Shown here: positions 17,063 to 29,934 of the stretch, piece by piece | Numbering within the stretch: position 1 is the stretch's first letter | Layout of the letters: the number at the start of each line of letters is the position of its first letter | DNA from: Eledone cirrhosa | Taxonomy: Eukaryota | Reading direction: 5' to 3' | Assembly: GCA_964016885.1 (NCBI GenBank) | Contig: CAXHJY010001237.1 | Location: 408-64,407 of the forward strand | Length of the DNA stretch: 64,000 nucleotides | Program-made: the position numbers and the translations under genes | The notes under the pieces: model-generated | What the model was told of the DNA's origin: nothing | The model's database searches: none | Seen by the model: only the letters and a program-made list of their open reading frames with translations

Positions 17063-18480
17063 ATATATATATTTTGTTTATGTACATTGTATATATATAT
17101 ATATATATACATATATATATTTTGTTTATGTACATTATATTTATATATATATAATGTGTGAGTGTGTTATTTTATTTATATACGCGTGGAAAAAGAATAA
17201 TAGCTGTTTTAGAGAATACCTCTATTTTGTAGTTTGAAATAGGCTTAAAAGGAAGGTTACTGCTAACACTAGACCACATTAATAATATACCTCTTCCTCC
17301 CTTCATCCCTCATTTCTAATCCTTTCATTGTTTTTTAGTTTTTTTCTTCAACCTTCTTCCTATTGTATTTAATGTAGTAACAGAAGGCATCTGCTTGTCG
17401 TAATAATAATAATAATAGCAATAATAATTGTACTAGAAAACCGTTGACTACAACACAATGTATTTTGAACTTTTTTCCTTTCTATCTAAATCTCTTTCTC
17501 CCCTTCCCTCTCTGCTAATGCTAAAAATGAAACGAAAAGGAAAGGAAAAAGAACACTTAGCAATCGACTTCATAATGCTTATTAAGTAGTACCTGTTGGA
17601 CTTGCTTGTGTGTGAATTAGTGAGAGGTAGAGGTAGTGAGCGCCTGCATTAGCTCTCTCTCTTTCTCTTGTTGGGGGCATGTGACGAGTGAGTTTTGCTT
17701 ACATGATAATAATATTCGTTAAGTCACATTTATTATGCTTGGTACGTTTTCTGTTGAGGTAGAATCCAGGTTCTATTATAATTTCCTCCTACCTGTTTTT
17801 CTTTCTTTTCCTATTTATATATCATATAATTAATTGATGAAACTGTCATTGAAATCTATCGTTTATTTATTTTTTATATATTCAACTCAGTGATATCTAT
17901 ATTATTATTATATATATTTTTTTAACGAAATTATTTCGAATCTAATCAAGCTGATTGTCGAGATTCACTATTTAGTAACGTGATTTATTCGTGAGGAATG
18001 AGAGAGAGAAGGGATGAGGTATTAAGGAGAGAGAAAATTGTAGATAAATAGATGGAGTATTAGTGAGTGCGGGTTGTAGATAGATCTAGTATTAGAGAGA
18101 GAGAGTGATTTGTAGATGGATAGATGAAGTTTTAGAGAGATACGGTAATGAGATGATAGGTGATATTCAATTATTTCATTACTTCTTTTTGAAAATCCCT
18201 TGAATATATGTTTCTAATAAAACGTGTTCAGTGTATGTTCCAACCTCCAAAGCAGCCAACTGATACACACACACACCAAGTGGACATACAACGTCATTGT
18301 GGTTAAAAGTGGGCGCCAGAAAAATTTCATTGCACGTGAGTTTCTTCGGCCTGCTAGAAGTATTAACTAGATCTCTTTCAAATCACAACCAACCCGCCTT
18401 GAACAAAGATCTAGGACAATATAAACGTAGATAAACAAAAGGATGGGACGGCTTTGATCGTAGGTTTGCTCAATCAGCTC
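16470..18480. promoter_or_regulatory. Possible promoter or 5' gene region with CpG retention
   Basis: Mostly unique sequence with visibly more CpG (cgcccgg, tcgatcgtatcg, gagcgcc, cacgtg) than the unique DNA downstream. No direct evidence of a transcription start. Confidence 0.25.
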
Positions 18481-18709
18481 TAACGTAGGGACTGGCTCAA
18501 CAACTAAATATTTTCTGTTGATGATGGTAACGTGATTAATAACCCAATAAATTATGTAAAGTGGGATGGTTTCTTCCTGTTATTAGCCCTTAACATCCTG
18601 TATTGCATGACACTGCTTTAGCAAGCCATTTATGAAAAGTATTTAAAAAAAAAAAAATACACTGATTGTTTTACAGTGAGTGATCAGGCTTGCCTATTGA
18701 ATTACAGGT

Positions 18710-18860
18710 ATAACTCACTTTTGTCGGCTGAAATGAACTGGAACAACGTGAAATAAATTATCTTGAAATAAAGTATCACGAATACACCACACTGCTAAGA
18801 ATCGAACTAACGACCTTACCGTCGAACCAAACACCCTAATCCCTAAGCCATGCCCCTTCA
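18710..18860 (-). mobile_element. tRNA-derived SINE fragment with CORE-like body
   Basis: Reverse strand reads tgaaggggcatggcttag...ggtcgttagttcgattc (A/B-box-like), then tttatttcacgttgttccagttcatttcagc, as in other SINE copies here. Confidence 0.7.
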
Positions 18861-18969
18861 TTCTAAACCATATATAATTGCAATAACATTCTCAATATAA
18901 AAATTGCTTGAAATACATCAACATATTGTAGATATATCAATGGAGGTGACTAGAGATTGCATGTATCTA

Positions 18970-19200
18970 TTATAACTCCTAGTGGAGGCATAGGAGCACT
19001 ATAGTGACATGCTATATTTCTTTTGCATTTTAAACCTGGCAGAACCCATCTCTCTCCAGGTTTGAACACAGCTGTTTTATTTCAGAGAGGAGGTGAAACA
19101 TAAATATAGAGGAAGAATTGACTGCTGTACTGGACTGGTACTTTTTATCAACCCTGAAGAGATAAAAGGCAAAGTTGACTTCAGTAGGATTTGAACTCAA
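18970..19200 (-). mobile_element. SINE with Nin/Deu-like domain and LINE-type tail; related copy at about 35035-35192
   Basis: cattttaaacct...tgaacacagctg...tactggactggtac is shared with 35088-35190. aaaggcaaagttgac...atttgaactca matches the Nin-like domain on the reverse strand. Confidence 0.55.
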
Positions 19201-19536
19201 CAATTCTACTAATTTGTTGGGTTAGAGATTATAACTAATTAAAAAATATTATAGATAGAAAGACAGAAGTTTAGTTAATCTCATAACTATGAATATTCTA
19301 TAGTGTATTACTTATTGATCTTTACTTAAGGAGGGTGTGTCTGTTATAATAATATTTAGTTAACCACTAAGCTGTGACAGCATTAACTTTCTCTTATTTT
19401 GCTCACTTATCAAGTATTTTTATTTTCCAATTTATTGATGTACTTGATTAGTGAAATATTTAGAGAAAAGCTAGCGAAACATCGTTTCTAAATTAACATG
19501 AAGTTAATGTTTACAGTAATTTATATTTTTATCAGT

Positions 19537-19890
19537 TAACACACCCAGTACACTCTGTCAAGTGGTTGGTGATTAGGACATCCAGCTGTAGAAAACCTGC
19601 CACTCAAAGTGCTGAAGGAACTCTTCAATTGTGTCAGACATGACAACCTCTCTCGTACTGGTGCCATGATAAAATGCACTCTGTAATGTTTGGGAATGTG
19701 TGTATATATATATGTGTGTGTGTGAATTGTGGGTTCCTGGCTTGTATGAGCACTCAGTAGAGTGTAAGAATGTGAGATGCAAGCCCCTGGCACATCTGAG
19801 AGGTCAGTAGCTCTGCTTGAGTATTGGCATAGTCAGTGATGACCAGTCCAATCCTTGCTAGCAGGGAAAACAGACATGAAATGATGAGCA
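19537..19890 (+). mobile_element. RTE 3'-UTR fragment
   Basis: cacccagtacactctgt...catccagctgtagaaaacctgcc, ending in the ccttgctagcagggaaaa...gatgatga hairpin and tail. Confidence 0.7.
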
Positions 19891-19965
19891 TTATCACCAA
19901 CATCTATTTTTATGTTTGTGTGTGTTAGATGGATCTGCAAATAAGCATCTCTTTCTTTTCATATC

Positions 19966-20262
19966 TTAAACCTTTTAATACTAAACTATCTGAAATCACC
20001 CCAGGTTCTATGATATTAAGCTGTTTAATTTAATTTATGTTTATCGAAAACCTTCACAACATAATTTTATATAATTCCTTTAGGTATGATACTAAACTGC
20101 TTATATTTATTCATCACATATCTTTCATCAGTTTTATGTAGAGGCCTTTGTTATGCCATGCTGCAAATCCCAGAAAGTTAGTTATATTACTAAATCCCTC
20201 CAAATTCTTAATTATTTGAAAATCATAGTCTTTCGTGAAAAATATGGTAACAAAAGGTTTAA
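19966..20262. mobile_element. TTAA-flanked MITE family 2 (piggyBac-like ends)
   Basis: ttaaacctttt...ggtaacaaaaggtttaa. The internal sequence recurs at 21431, 23743, 24391, 28953, 42660-42890 and 60840-61020. Confidence 0.6.
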
Positions 20263-20554
20263 AGCACTGGTTGAGTTTCCTTGGAGTATCTGTTCTGGTT
20301 CTTAGTGATGTTTTTGCTACAAGTTGATATCACAGATATTAGCAATGGAAAGACCGATAACACAATTTCCTTAGAGGTCCATTCTAGAACCCCTGCTTTC
20401 TTGCTTTTTCTTGATTTGGTTACTATTTCTAGCAGGTCAAGTAACAATATAGAAGCCCTTTCATTGGCTATCCTTTTTTGGTGTTTCTCTGCTCTCTGTG
20501 TCTTTTTAAAAGACTTGATGAGGCTAAACAAAAATGTTTCCCTGTTCTGCTGCA

Positions 20555-20960
20555 TGGATGCAGTATGATTGAATGGTTAAGACATTTGCTTTGTAATCAT
20601 TAAGTTCAATCTCACTGTGTGGCATCTTGGGCAAATGTCATTTACCATAGGCTTGGGTTAACCCATTCCTTGTGAGTGAAACATGGTAAATGGAAAGTGT
20701 TTAGAAGCCTACCGGATGGATTGTACCTGTAATTTAAAGAACCAGCCTTGTCACACACTGTTAAGCTGAATCTCCTTCAGAATTACATTCACGATACACA
20801 TGCCTGTGGAATGCTGAGCCACTTGCACTTTAATACAAAAATGGACTATACTGTGCGACATTGAATCTCCATAAAAATTACATTAAAGATATGCGTGTCA
20901 AGAGAAGGCTGTACTGTTGATTGAACAACTGGAATACTCATCATTGAAACCAACTAAGGT
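20555..20960 (+). mobile_element. tRNA-derived SINE plus associated repeat
   Basis: tggttaag...aagttcaatctcactgtgtggcatcttgggcaaatgtc head, similar to 27097-27410. The downstream tgaatctccct-type repeat recurs at 27480-27620, 42900-43040 and 61235-61400. Confidence 0.65.
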
Positions 20961-21159
20961 CCAATCAACTGCCCTACTTCTTTTCTATAAACAAAACATG
21001 GAGAGTGATATTTCTCCCCAAAATATAATTGTCAAATATTTATCAATCTTCTGACTATTCTGTTTAGTCGTGTATTAATAGCTCTAAAATAAACACTGGA
21101 GCAAACTTTCATCTGTTGATTGATGCCTATAACAATGATAGTGACAAACATAATGTAGG

Positions 21160-21280
21160 TGATGGTGCATGGCCTGATGGTTAGGGTGTTAGACATTGAT
21201 CATGAGGTGATGGCTTCAATTCTTGGACCAGATTGTTTATTGTATCCTTGAGCAAGATGCTTCATTTTACATGGCTTTTC
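21160..21280 (+). mobile_element. tRNA-derived SINE 5' fragment
   Basis: ggtgcatggcctgatggttagggtg...ttcaattc...ccttgagcaagatgcttcattt. Confidence 0.65.
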
Positions 21281-21430
21281 ATGGTAGGATTGGGTGCCCC
21301 CTATCATTGATACTTAACATCCTGTATTGGTTTAGCAGAGAGTATCTAAAAACACATTTGTTAACTCAAATATTTATAGTATCTTTCCTGGTGAATAAAC
21401 AGATTGTGAAAATCTGTTTTAGAGTAAATC

Positions 21431-21648
21431 TTAACCCTTTTGTGACAGTATTACTAATGAAATACACTATATTTTAATTAATGAAGTATTTTGAGAGATT
21501 TACTAAAATTATTGGTTATTTCATTCTTAACATATGGTTCTTATATACAATTGTTAGATTATAATTTAAACAGGAACCCTCTAAAATGGGTGGTTTGGGT
21601 TCATAGAACCAGAAACTGTTTTGGTCACATTAGTATCAAAAGGATTTT
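21431..21648. mobile_element. TTAA-flanked MITE family 2
   Basis: Starts ttaacccttttgtgac and ends tagtatcaaaagg; homologous to 24391-24614. Confidence 0.55.
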
Positions 21649-21892
21649 CAAAAATGTTTTGCTAATGGGGTTTCATGTGGTTGTTAAGAGTTAAATAAAA
21701 CACCTAAAAAATCTGAGATACAACTTCATAGGAGGTCAGTTAAACTTGTATATGTGTGAACTAGAAATTTCATTTCATCTTTTTTTTTTAAATCAGTAAC
21801 AGTTAGTGACGGTCAACATGTTGGTGACAGTTTGGGTGTCAACAAGTCACTGGCTGTTGTTGACTGTCACCAACTGGTTGATTGATGTAAAA

Positions 21893-22128
21893 TTTGGTGT
21901 TGATTGGTGATAGGAAGGGCATCCAGCTGTAGAAAGTTGCCTAACAAAGGGTTATGTCAAAGATATGACAACCTCTCCTGGTAGAACTTGAGATCATATG
22001 TAATCAAGATGCAGATCCCTGGCCTGTCTGGAAGGTCAGTAGCCTCGCTTCAGTACTGACTTGGTCTATGTAGACCCATCCAACCTTTTTATAGCAGGGA
22101 AAGTGGATGTGAAAACATTGCTGATGAT
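21893..22128 (+). mobile_element. RTE 3'-UTR fragment
   Basis: ttggtgataggaagggcatccagctgtagaaa...agcagggaaagtggatgt...gatgat. Confidence 0.7.
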
Positions 22129-22149
22129 ATGTAGTAGTAGTAGTAGTAG

Positions 22150-22330
22150 AATGCCGGATAGAATCCTTTTTGGTATTTGTTCCAACTCTGTGACCTGAGT
22201 TTCAATCCTATTGATGTCAACTTTACATTTCCACCCTTTGAGATGGATAGAGTACCAGTTCAATACTGGGGTCAATTCTTCCTCCCTCTCTCTTTTCCCA
22301 TAAAATTCTTAGTTTTAAAATTGCTTGAAA
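22150..22330 (+). mobile_element. Nin/Deu-domain SINE fragment
   Basis: ctgagtttcaatcc...gtcaactttacatttccaccc...agtaccagttcaatactggggtcaat. Confidence 0.6.
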
Positions 22331-22971
22331 ATCATTGTTTATCATCAGAAATATGGTAACAAAATGGTTAGTGTTTATAGTTATTTAAGAACTTTTAAGT
22401 TATGCTCCAAACACCAGCTTTATGGGAAAGTTATATTTGTAAATTCCTCCAAATTCTAAATTATTTTCTAAATGACAGGCTGTGTATTTCACGAGAAATA
22501 TGGTATTGACATGGTTAAAGCTGCTCCCAAATACTCATCAGTATTTTCTTTTCTCTAAAAATGAAATTATATTCTGCTTTGTTAAGCAGCGTTTATTGAT
22601 TATTCCTGGCTGTTTATTATTGGTTATTATAGCTCAGGTTTTTTGGGGAGTTTTTTTTTTCTTCTTCTCAAAGAACACTAGTGCTGATCACAGGGAAACT
22701 CTATATTGCTGCTGTTATTCATTTCAACACACATTGGGTAGAGATGGAGTGTGTGACAGTTGAAAGCAGATTTTCTCCCAGTAGCTTTAGAATTTGCTTC
22801 AATTCCTAGTTTCAGGAATAAAAATAAAACCCTGGATCAATTGATATTTTTACAATATATATATATATATATAAACATAATTGTGTTTTTTTTCTTTTTA
22901 TATATATATACTATTTTACGTGTTCCAGCCATTCGGCTGAGGCCATGCTGGGGCACCACCCTTTGTATATA

Positions 22972-23052
22972 CAGGGTGTCCCCAAAAGTGTATACACACT
23001 TTGATTACCTGTACAGGCAATATTTATTAGAATGCTGTTGAAGTGTGTATAT
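22972..23052. mobile_element. Tc1/mariner-type mini-MITE, partial
   Basis: ta-cagggtgtccccaaaagtgtatacacac has the same terminus as the complete copy at 62832-62907. Confidence 0.55.
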
Positions 23053-23087
23053 ATGTATATATAAACATAATTTTTTAAAAATCTTAA

Positions 23088-23275
23088 TACAGGTAAAATT
23101 CCGTTATAACGAATACCATTAAAACAAATTTTTCAGTATAATGAAATGTTTTTCAATCCCTGAGGTAATAAACAAACACTTGATGTGTTTCAGTCGATCT
23201 CGTTATAAAGAATTTTTTGCTACAATTATTTTTTTTTATACCCAGTGAATTTCGTTATAAGGGAATCTCACTGTA
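23088..23275. mobile_element. Tigger/pogo-like MITE
   Basis: TA-CAG...ttccgttataacgaa at the left end and ttcgttataagggaat...CTG-TA at the right end; TA target duplication. Confidence 0.7.
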
Positions 23276-23399
23276 TTTACACACACATGTGTAAAAGAAA
23301 AAATAACCCAATTATATGCTAATTTAAAAAAAATCCTTTATCACTATTTTTCTCTTTTTTGTCTCTATCTCTCTTTCGAAAATTAGATCATTGTAAAAG

Positions 23400-23655
23400 T
23401 AGTGGTAGTAAATGATGATGATAGTAATAAATAAGTTAACATAATAATTATCATCATAAATGATAATGATGTTACTGTTAAAATGATATATAGTAATAAA
23501 ATATTAATGTAATAGTAATAATTTAATATTGATAATATAATAAACATATAATATTAATATGGTTAATGATAAAGTTAATAATAATTATAATATGGCTATT
23601 GATATAATAATAAATAACAAATAACCATAATAAAGATGTTAATAATGATAATGAA
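23400..23655. repeat. Degenerate (AAT)n/(GAT)n low-complexity tract
   Basis: taataa and gataat reiterations. Confidence 0.8.
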
Positions 23656-23742
23656 TCAAGTAGTTGGTGACATTAACAGATTAATAGTACCTAGAACAGT
23701 GCAACGAGAGAATATTGTATCTTTTCCTCCTTTGTTTCTGTG

Positions 23743-24101
23743 TTAAACATTTTGGTACCAACCCAGCCAAAACCAGCTTGGCTTTTATTGAAATAAAACC
23801 AATTTTAAAGTGTACCTATTTAAATTAAGATCTTCCAACATAATTTTTGTATAAGAACCATATATTAATGAAATAATTAATATTAGTAAATCCCTCTGAA
23901 TACTTCATTAATTAATTGATGTAGTGTATGTTATTAGTTATATAGTTGCAAAAGGGGTTAACGGGTTCCTATTTATATTTTCTTCCAACATAATTTTTAG
24001 ATAAGAACCATATATTAATAAAATAATTAATAATTTTAGTAAATCTCTCCAAATCTGAAGTAGTGTAATGTCATTTGTTATATAGTTGCAAAAAGGGTTA
24101 A
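23743..24101. mobile_element. TTAA-flanked MITE family 2 with duplicated right half
   Basis: tcttccaacataattttt...tatagttgcaaaa(g)gggttaa occurs twice (about 23831-23961 and 23981-24101). Confidence 0.65.
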
Positions 24102-24390
24102 ATTGTAAAAGTAAAATGACATTTTATTTAAACCCTTTTGAAACTATTTTCTGTTAAGACCTCTAGTGTCTTCAGTCACTGGAGCGCAGTTTTCCTTCCT
24201 CAAATCAGGATGAGGGCATTGCATCTGAGGAGGAAGCTCTGATGCAGCGGATGTGACTGGCTGTTATTTATGACAATACTTTTGTCTTTTTATCCCTAAG
24301 ATAGACTGTTCAACCAAGAGTGTAGACTTTACCCCTCCCTTTTTCTGTTATTCTCTCTTTATCCTTTATGTTGTATGAATTCTTTAATAG

Positions 24391-24614
24391 TTAACCCTTT
24401 TTGTTAACATATTTCTAATGAAAGACATTGCCTATTATTTTCAAATAATTTTGAAAATAATATAGAATTTGGAGAGCTATAGTAAAATAATTTTCTATTT
24501 ATTAAGTTGGTGTTTAGTGCATAACTTAAAGGTTAAATAAAATTATGATAGAAGATTTTGAGAAAACACCTTAGTATTGTAGAACTAGGGACAGTTTGGT
24601 ATCAAAGGAGTTAA
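24391..24614. mobile_element. TTAA-flanked MITE family 2
   Basis: ttaacccttt...ttggtatcaaaggagttaa. Confidence 0.65.
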
Positions 24615-24819
24615 CAGCTGGTAACTCCTTTGGTATATTAATCTCCTTTGGTATGATTTTGGTATATTAGTCCAACAGACTAATATACCAAAATCAAAAC
24701 TGTCAGTATCATACTGACCTTCAGATTAAGATTCTAGCTTTGTAAGTTGTCTTTTAACAAGTTGCAATGTCATAGAGGTGTCGTAATAGACTCTGAGTGT
24801 GTGTATGTATGTATGTATG

Positions 24820-24851
<32 letters not shown>

Positions 24852-25556
24852 AGAAAAATGGAGTGCTGCGTGGTTGCACATGGGTTACATATGAATAAAA
24901 TTAGTCCTTCATCAGTGATCTTCCAACTTTCATTGGTATTTCATCGCTTTAAAAATCATATACCTCTGGTTGGTGCGAGCAATAACTAAATAAAGTTATT
25001 GGGACAAATAAAATAGGGTGAAACGAGCGAGACATATAAACAAACAACGATGGTATTGCAACAGAAAGATAGGAAGAGACATGATAGGAAGTACATGATA
25101 TCTGTAAGCTTAAGCTCGGTGAATTCATGGACGAGAGATACAGACCATCCGACATGGGTGAGATGTGAGCGAGAAAAGGATTTTAATAATAATAATTTGC
25201 ATAATTATTTTAATTTTAGTTAGTTCTGTTAATTGCAATGTATTGCTGCATTTGCAAGTTTTACAAAAATCTATGATTTATAGCACGCAATAAATGCTAT
25301 TTGAAGTAGACTGTTTTTCTATTGTTTTTTCTTGGGGTGGGCGGGAATTATCCTAGTGTGTTTTGCTATGTAGTAAAATATTATATAAAAACCAGTCTTA
25401 AAATGTTTAGCTATTTTGTTACCAACTCTCCCCAAAACCACCTTATTCTATGAAATAAAATCACCAATTTTAAAGGATTCCTATTTAAATTATCTTGCAA
25501 CATAATTTTACATCTGAACATATTGCTATATGTTATAAATACCATCTTAATGAAAT

Positions 25557-25780
25557 GGTTTCTGATTTAGGCACAAGGCCAACAATTTGGGGGAAGGGGA
25601 ATGTCGATTGAATCAGCCTCAGTGCATTACTAGTACTTTATTTTGTCTACCCCACTTTCTCCATAAGGATGAAAGCTAATCTCAGTGGGATTTGAAATCA
25701 GAATGTAAAGGGATGTAACTCTATATTACACAGCATGTTGTCCGACTCTCTTCTGATACTACCGATCCACTACTCTTAAT
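25557..25780 (-). mobile_element. Nin/Deu-domain SINE
   Basis: tttctgatttaggcacaaggcc...aggatgaaag...gatttgaaatcagaatgtaaag, homologous to 51875-52070 and 61038-61204. Confidence 0.7.
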
Positions 25781-26206
25781 CCATCTTGATGAAATAGATT
25801 TTAGAAAATCTCTCAAAATTCTTCATAGGCTGTTTTCCTGTACTGCATGAAACCTCACGAGAAAGACATTCTTGAAAAGTAAAAAAACAGCACTGTGATG
25901 GGCTTCATATTAAAAATCAGTCTATAGTCTACTGCAATTTTTCATAACCTGTCCACTAGTAAAGACACTATATACATTTGAATTAACAAACCTGTTTTTA
26001 AATATTCCCTGCTAAATCATTTAAGGATGTTAAGGGTTAATAGAGAAAATGTATAATCAGTTTAGTATATGCTGTATGTGGTTATCTCAGTTTTTAGAAT
26101 AGATATGCCGTATCCCTATGTGTTGTAACAAGTGACTAAAGGGTTGTCAGGAAATGCATTTAGCTGTAAAACACTGCCTCAAAAAATCCTATACAACCCA
26201 TACTAG

Positions 26207-26487
26207 TGCAGGCACATTGCTTAGTGGTAAGGGTATTGGACTTCGTAAAGTTGTGGGTTCAATTCCTTGATTGGGTTGTGTTGTATTCTTGAACAAAACA
26301 CTTCATTTCATGTTACTCTAGTATACTCAGCTGGAAATAAGTACCAGTAATAGCTGGGAGTTTAACTCTGCGATGAACAAGTGTCCTCTCCAGGGTGGAG
26401 TCATGTACTCTCAGTTGCTTAATGCCATGGAAACTGACATAAGTATCGGCCTGATGAGCTTCCGGTCTTGAGACACTTAAGACTTAG
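26207..26487 (+). mobile_element. Full-length tRNA-derived SINE with 12-bp TSD, inserted into an RTE 3' tail
   Basis: A-box-like ttagtggtaa and B-box gggttcaattcc; body homologous to 34560-34857; aacccatactag is repeated at 26195-26206 and 26488-26499. Confidence 0.8.
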
Positions 26488-26901
26488 AACCCATACTAGC
26501 ATGGACAAAAATATATATAGACAAAAACATTAGTTAAGGTCACAAATGGCTTAAAAATGAAAATATGCAATATGTTGGTCTGCTGTGAAGGGAGTAAAGA
26601 AATATGTAATCTTTTACAAGGCTCCTTCTATTCATATCTTATATGATTCCCCAGAGTAGGCTACAGATAAATAATAATAAGGATCTTTACTGTCTATCCC
26701 TAAATTGCTTTTCTGTCTATTTATAGATGTTGTTTTATCTATTAATAGACTTTTTCCATATTTTCTCATGAGGGTACACTTCTCTCCCTCTCCTCTTCAA
26801 GTTTTCTGTCTTTCCCTGCTCTCTTCTCACCAACATAGTTTGCATTTTACTATGTTAATCATTGTGAGTCAACATTATTTTATTTTCAGTGTATACAGCA
26901 A

Positions 26902-26985
26902 TTAATCTGATACACATACATGCATAAACATAGATATTAAGGTTTAATCTGATACACATACATGCATAAACATAGATATTAAGGT
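26902..26985. repeat. Tandem duplication, 2 x 43 bp
   Basis: ttaatctgatacacatacatgcataaacatagatattaaggtt occurs twice. Confidence 0.9.
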
Positions 26986-27096
26986 TCTCATTGGAGAAGC
27001 TAGGCACACCCCTGCTAGAACACTTTTATAATATATCATTTTAAGAGTTTAGCTAAGCATTTGTTCTGGCAACATTCTTATAGGTGCACACACACA

Positions 27097-27410
27097 GGTA
27101 TGGCTGTGTGGTTAAGGTGCTTACTTCATAGCCAGATGGTTTCAGGTTCAATCCCACTGCATTGGACCTTGGGCAAGTGTCTTTTAGCTGCAGGTTAACC
27201 AATGTTTTCTGAGAGAAATTTGGTAGACAGAAAGTCCAGAAGTTGCTTGTGTCCCACAACTCAGCAGTTTGACTAAAAAAGATCAATAAAATAAGTATCA
27301 GACTTTAAAATATGCATACTAGGGTTGTTATAATCAACTAAATCCCTTTAAAGCAGTGCCCCAGCTTTGCCATAATCCAATGGCTGAAACTAGTAAAAGA
27401 ATAATAGAAT
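27097..27410 (+). mobile_element. tRNA-derived SINE
   Basis: ggtatggctgtgtggttaag...ggttcaatcccactgc...ccttgggcaagtgtctt, ending tggctgaaactagtaaaagaataa. Reverse-strand relative at 45160-45385. Confidence 0.75.
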
Positions 27411-28184
27411 GTTTGGTATTAACCCTATTAATAGTTTGCATAAGGCCGCTAGCAAAAAGTAATTATACATATAATTCAAAGGACCAACTTTGTTACACAC
27501 TGTCACACTGAATCTCCCTGAGAATTATGGAATTATGTTATGGGTACACATCTTTGTGGAATGCTCAGCTACTTGCTTAATTTCATGAGCAGGCTGTTCT
27601 GTTGATCAGAATTGGAGGTCGAACTCACTCACTCACTCTCACACACATGTGCACACACTCTCACTCACTCACTCACTCACACACACATGCACACTCACTC
27701 ACACACACACATGCACATGCTCACTCTCTCTCTCTATCACACATGTATGTATGTATGCAGGCTACTGTTAAACATATAAAAGTGTGTATGTATGTATGCT
27801 ATGTATGTAATGAGTGTGTGTGTGTTTATACTACATATGTATACAAACTGTTCATTTATTCATTCCAAACTGCAGGTCAGTTTAACACCTAGGTGATTAA
27901 CATTTTGTACAGGGGCTTGTCTTTTAAAGGAAGCAGGTCGTAGGGTATTTGATTATTACATATTTCTATTTCTAAGTTGTTTGGACTGAAATATCATTTG
28001 ATAACATTCTGAATAAATTATTGATAAACGTTGGTAATGTACTAAATAACTTTGTATGGACTAACATCTGTTTTGTGTACTGTAAGGAAGTTAAGAGTAG
28101 CTTCTTTATCACTGTCAAAATATCAATCTTACCTTATCACAAGTGCAGGCCAGTAACCCTGCTTATAGTTTCTCTCTCACATGT

Positions 28185-28312
28185 GCGCACACACACACAC
28201 ACACACATACACACACACACACATACACACACACACACATACACACACACATACACATACACACATATACACACACACACACACATACACACATACACAC
28301 ATATATATATAT
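28185..28312. repeat. (CA)n/(CATA)n microsatellite
   Basis: Direct reading; followed by a minus-strand RTE tail at 28313-28460. Confidence 0.95.
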
Positions 28313-29409
28313 CATCATCATGATTCAATATCCACTTTCTCTGTTAGCAAGGGTTAGACCTAGTCAGTACTGAAGCGGGGCTACTGACCTCCTAGACAGG
28401 GAGATGTTATTTGGTGCCAGGCCACTTTTTTTATCATTCACCCTGAATTTGGCTGCTATTTCTAGCATGTTTAAAAACAAATAACCACTTTTTCTGACAA
28501 GGAGGACAGTAGTGCAAAACACAAGTATGATGAGAGGATGAGAAACAATGAGTCTACATGGTGATAGCATGCTGTTTCATTAGTGAGGCAGATGTTTTTG
28601 GCAGTAAGTGAACAATAGAAGTCAGGAGATGGTGTCATGTTGTGTTGAGTGAGTTCTACAATTTTACAGAGTGTAGCGGGTGCATTTTATCATGGCACAA
28701 ACACTAGAGAGGTTGTCAAGTCCTTGACACCACCAAAGGATCCTCTCCCCTCTGTTGTCTGTTTGTCCCCAACTTTACAAGGGGCACTGAATGCATTTCA
28801 TAGTGATATCAAAAACTAGAGGTTGTCTTGCCCACTGCAGGCTAAAAGGGACCGCTCCACTCTATGCAGTCACTTATCTTTCACCTTATGTATTATCTCT
28901 GCAGTGCTGGTGGGTGTGCCATCTTTAGAAGGAAAAGCATTTATAGCAGTCTTTAACCCTTTTGATACCAAAGCATCTGACACCGCTCCCCTGTTCTATG
29001 ATATAAAAGTATTTATAGCTATCTAAAAACATTCCATCGTAATTTTATGTAAGAACCTTTAAGTTTTGTTTCAAATGCCAACTTAATTCTTATCATCCTG
29101 TAATATCTAAACTCATGTTTGTTAATTCAAATGTTTATAGTACCTTTAGTGAACTGATTGTTGTGAAAATTTGCAGTAAACTGAAGATTTTATATTTTAA
29201 TGTGATTTAGTCAGATTTAATACAATGAAAAAATGTGCTACTTTACAAAATACTTCCAAATTTTTTTTTTTTTTTATTAATTGAAAGAAATAATGTATTT
29301 CATTAGAAAAACAGTGATGAATGTGTTAAGATGATCATTGAGCAAAACTTCAATCTGATGTTAAAAAGAGTTCAAAAAAGATATTTTGCACCACATTGTA
29401 CATGATTAC

Positions 29410-29695
29410 GATAAAAAGTGCTCAGCCCACATTGTAAAGTGGTTGTGATGGTGACATGACAAAAAACACCCAGCTCATACTGTAAAGTGGTTTTGTAGGT
29501 GTCACAACAAGAAGCACCCAGTTCACACTGTAAATGTGGTTGGTGTTAGGAAGGGCATCCAGCTGTAGAAATCAAGTTAAAATCAGTTCTGTATGAGTAA
29601 GACATGGTTACCTGTTCTTGCATTTCTCACAACAGGACAACTCGTCTAACCTATGCTAGCATGGAAAAATGAACGTTAAACGGTGATGATAATGA
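29410..29695 (+). mobile_element. RTE 3'-UTR fragment
   Basis: Repeated cacccag..cacactgtaaagtgg units, then ttaggaagggcatccagctgtagaaa and ctatgctagcatggaaaa..acgttaaacggtgatgat; homologous to 54720-54980. Confidence 0.8.
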
Positions 29696-29934
29696 TTTTC
29701 ACCCACATCTGTTGTTAGTTGTATAATTTATTCATTTGTTTTTATGAATTAAAGAATAATTTAGTTTTTTTTTTTTTTTTTTTTTTTTTTAAACAAAAAT
29801 ATCAATATTAGTATTAATTAGGTGTTAAAATAAACAAAATTATGCTTTTTTTTATTATCATTGTTTTTATTATGCTTCAATATTTAAATATAGAGCTGTA
29901 ACTTAGACATACTTTGTATGGCAAATTGACAGAA

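Noticed and set aside
20259-20568. 98-aa and 95-aa overlapping ORFs
   Set aside because: No recognisable motif; they overlap the tagaaatagYaRccaaat repeat seen elsewhere (18355, 28450, 35260).
24160-24370. CTGAGGA/CTGAAGA-containing island, possible Penelope LTR piece
   Set aside because: No correctly placed GAAA or stems; cannot support a ribozyme call.
24855-25190. Minus-strand CTGATGAAGGAC motif in a CpG-containing segment
   Set aside because: Looks LTR-like, but the GAAA core and stem I are absent.
26429-26473. GAAAC...CTGATGAG in the SINE tail as a hammerhead
   Set aside because: The required stems and cleavage triplet cannot be formed, and the sister copy at 34790 lacks CTGATGA.
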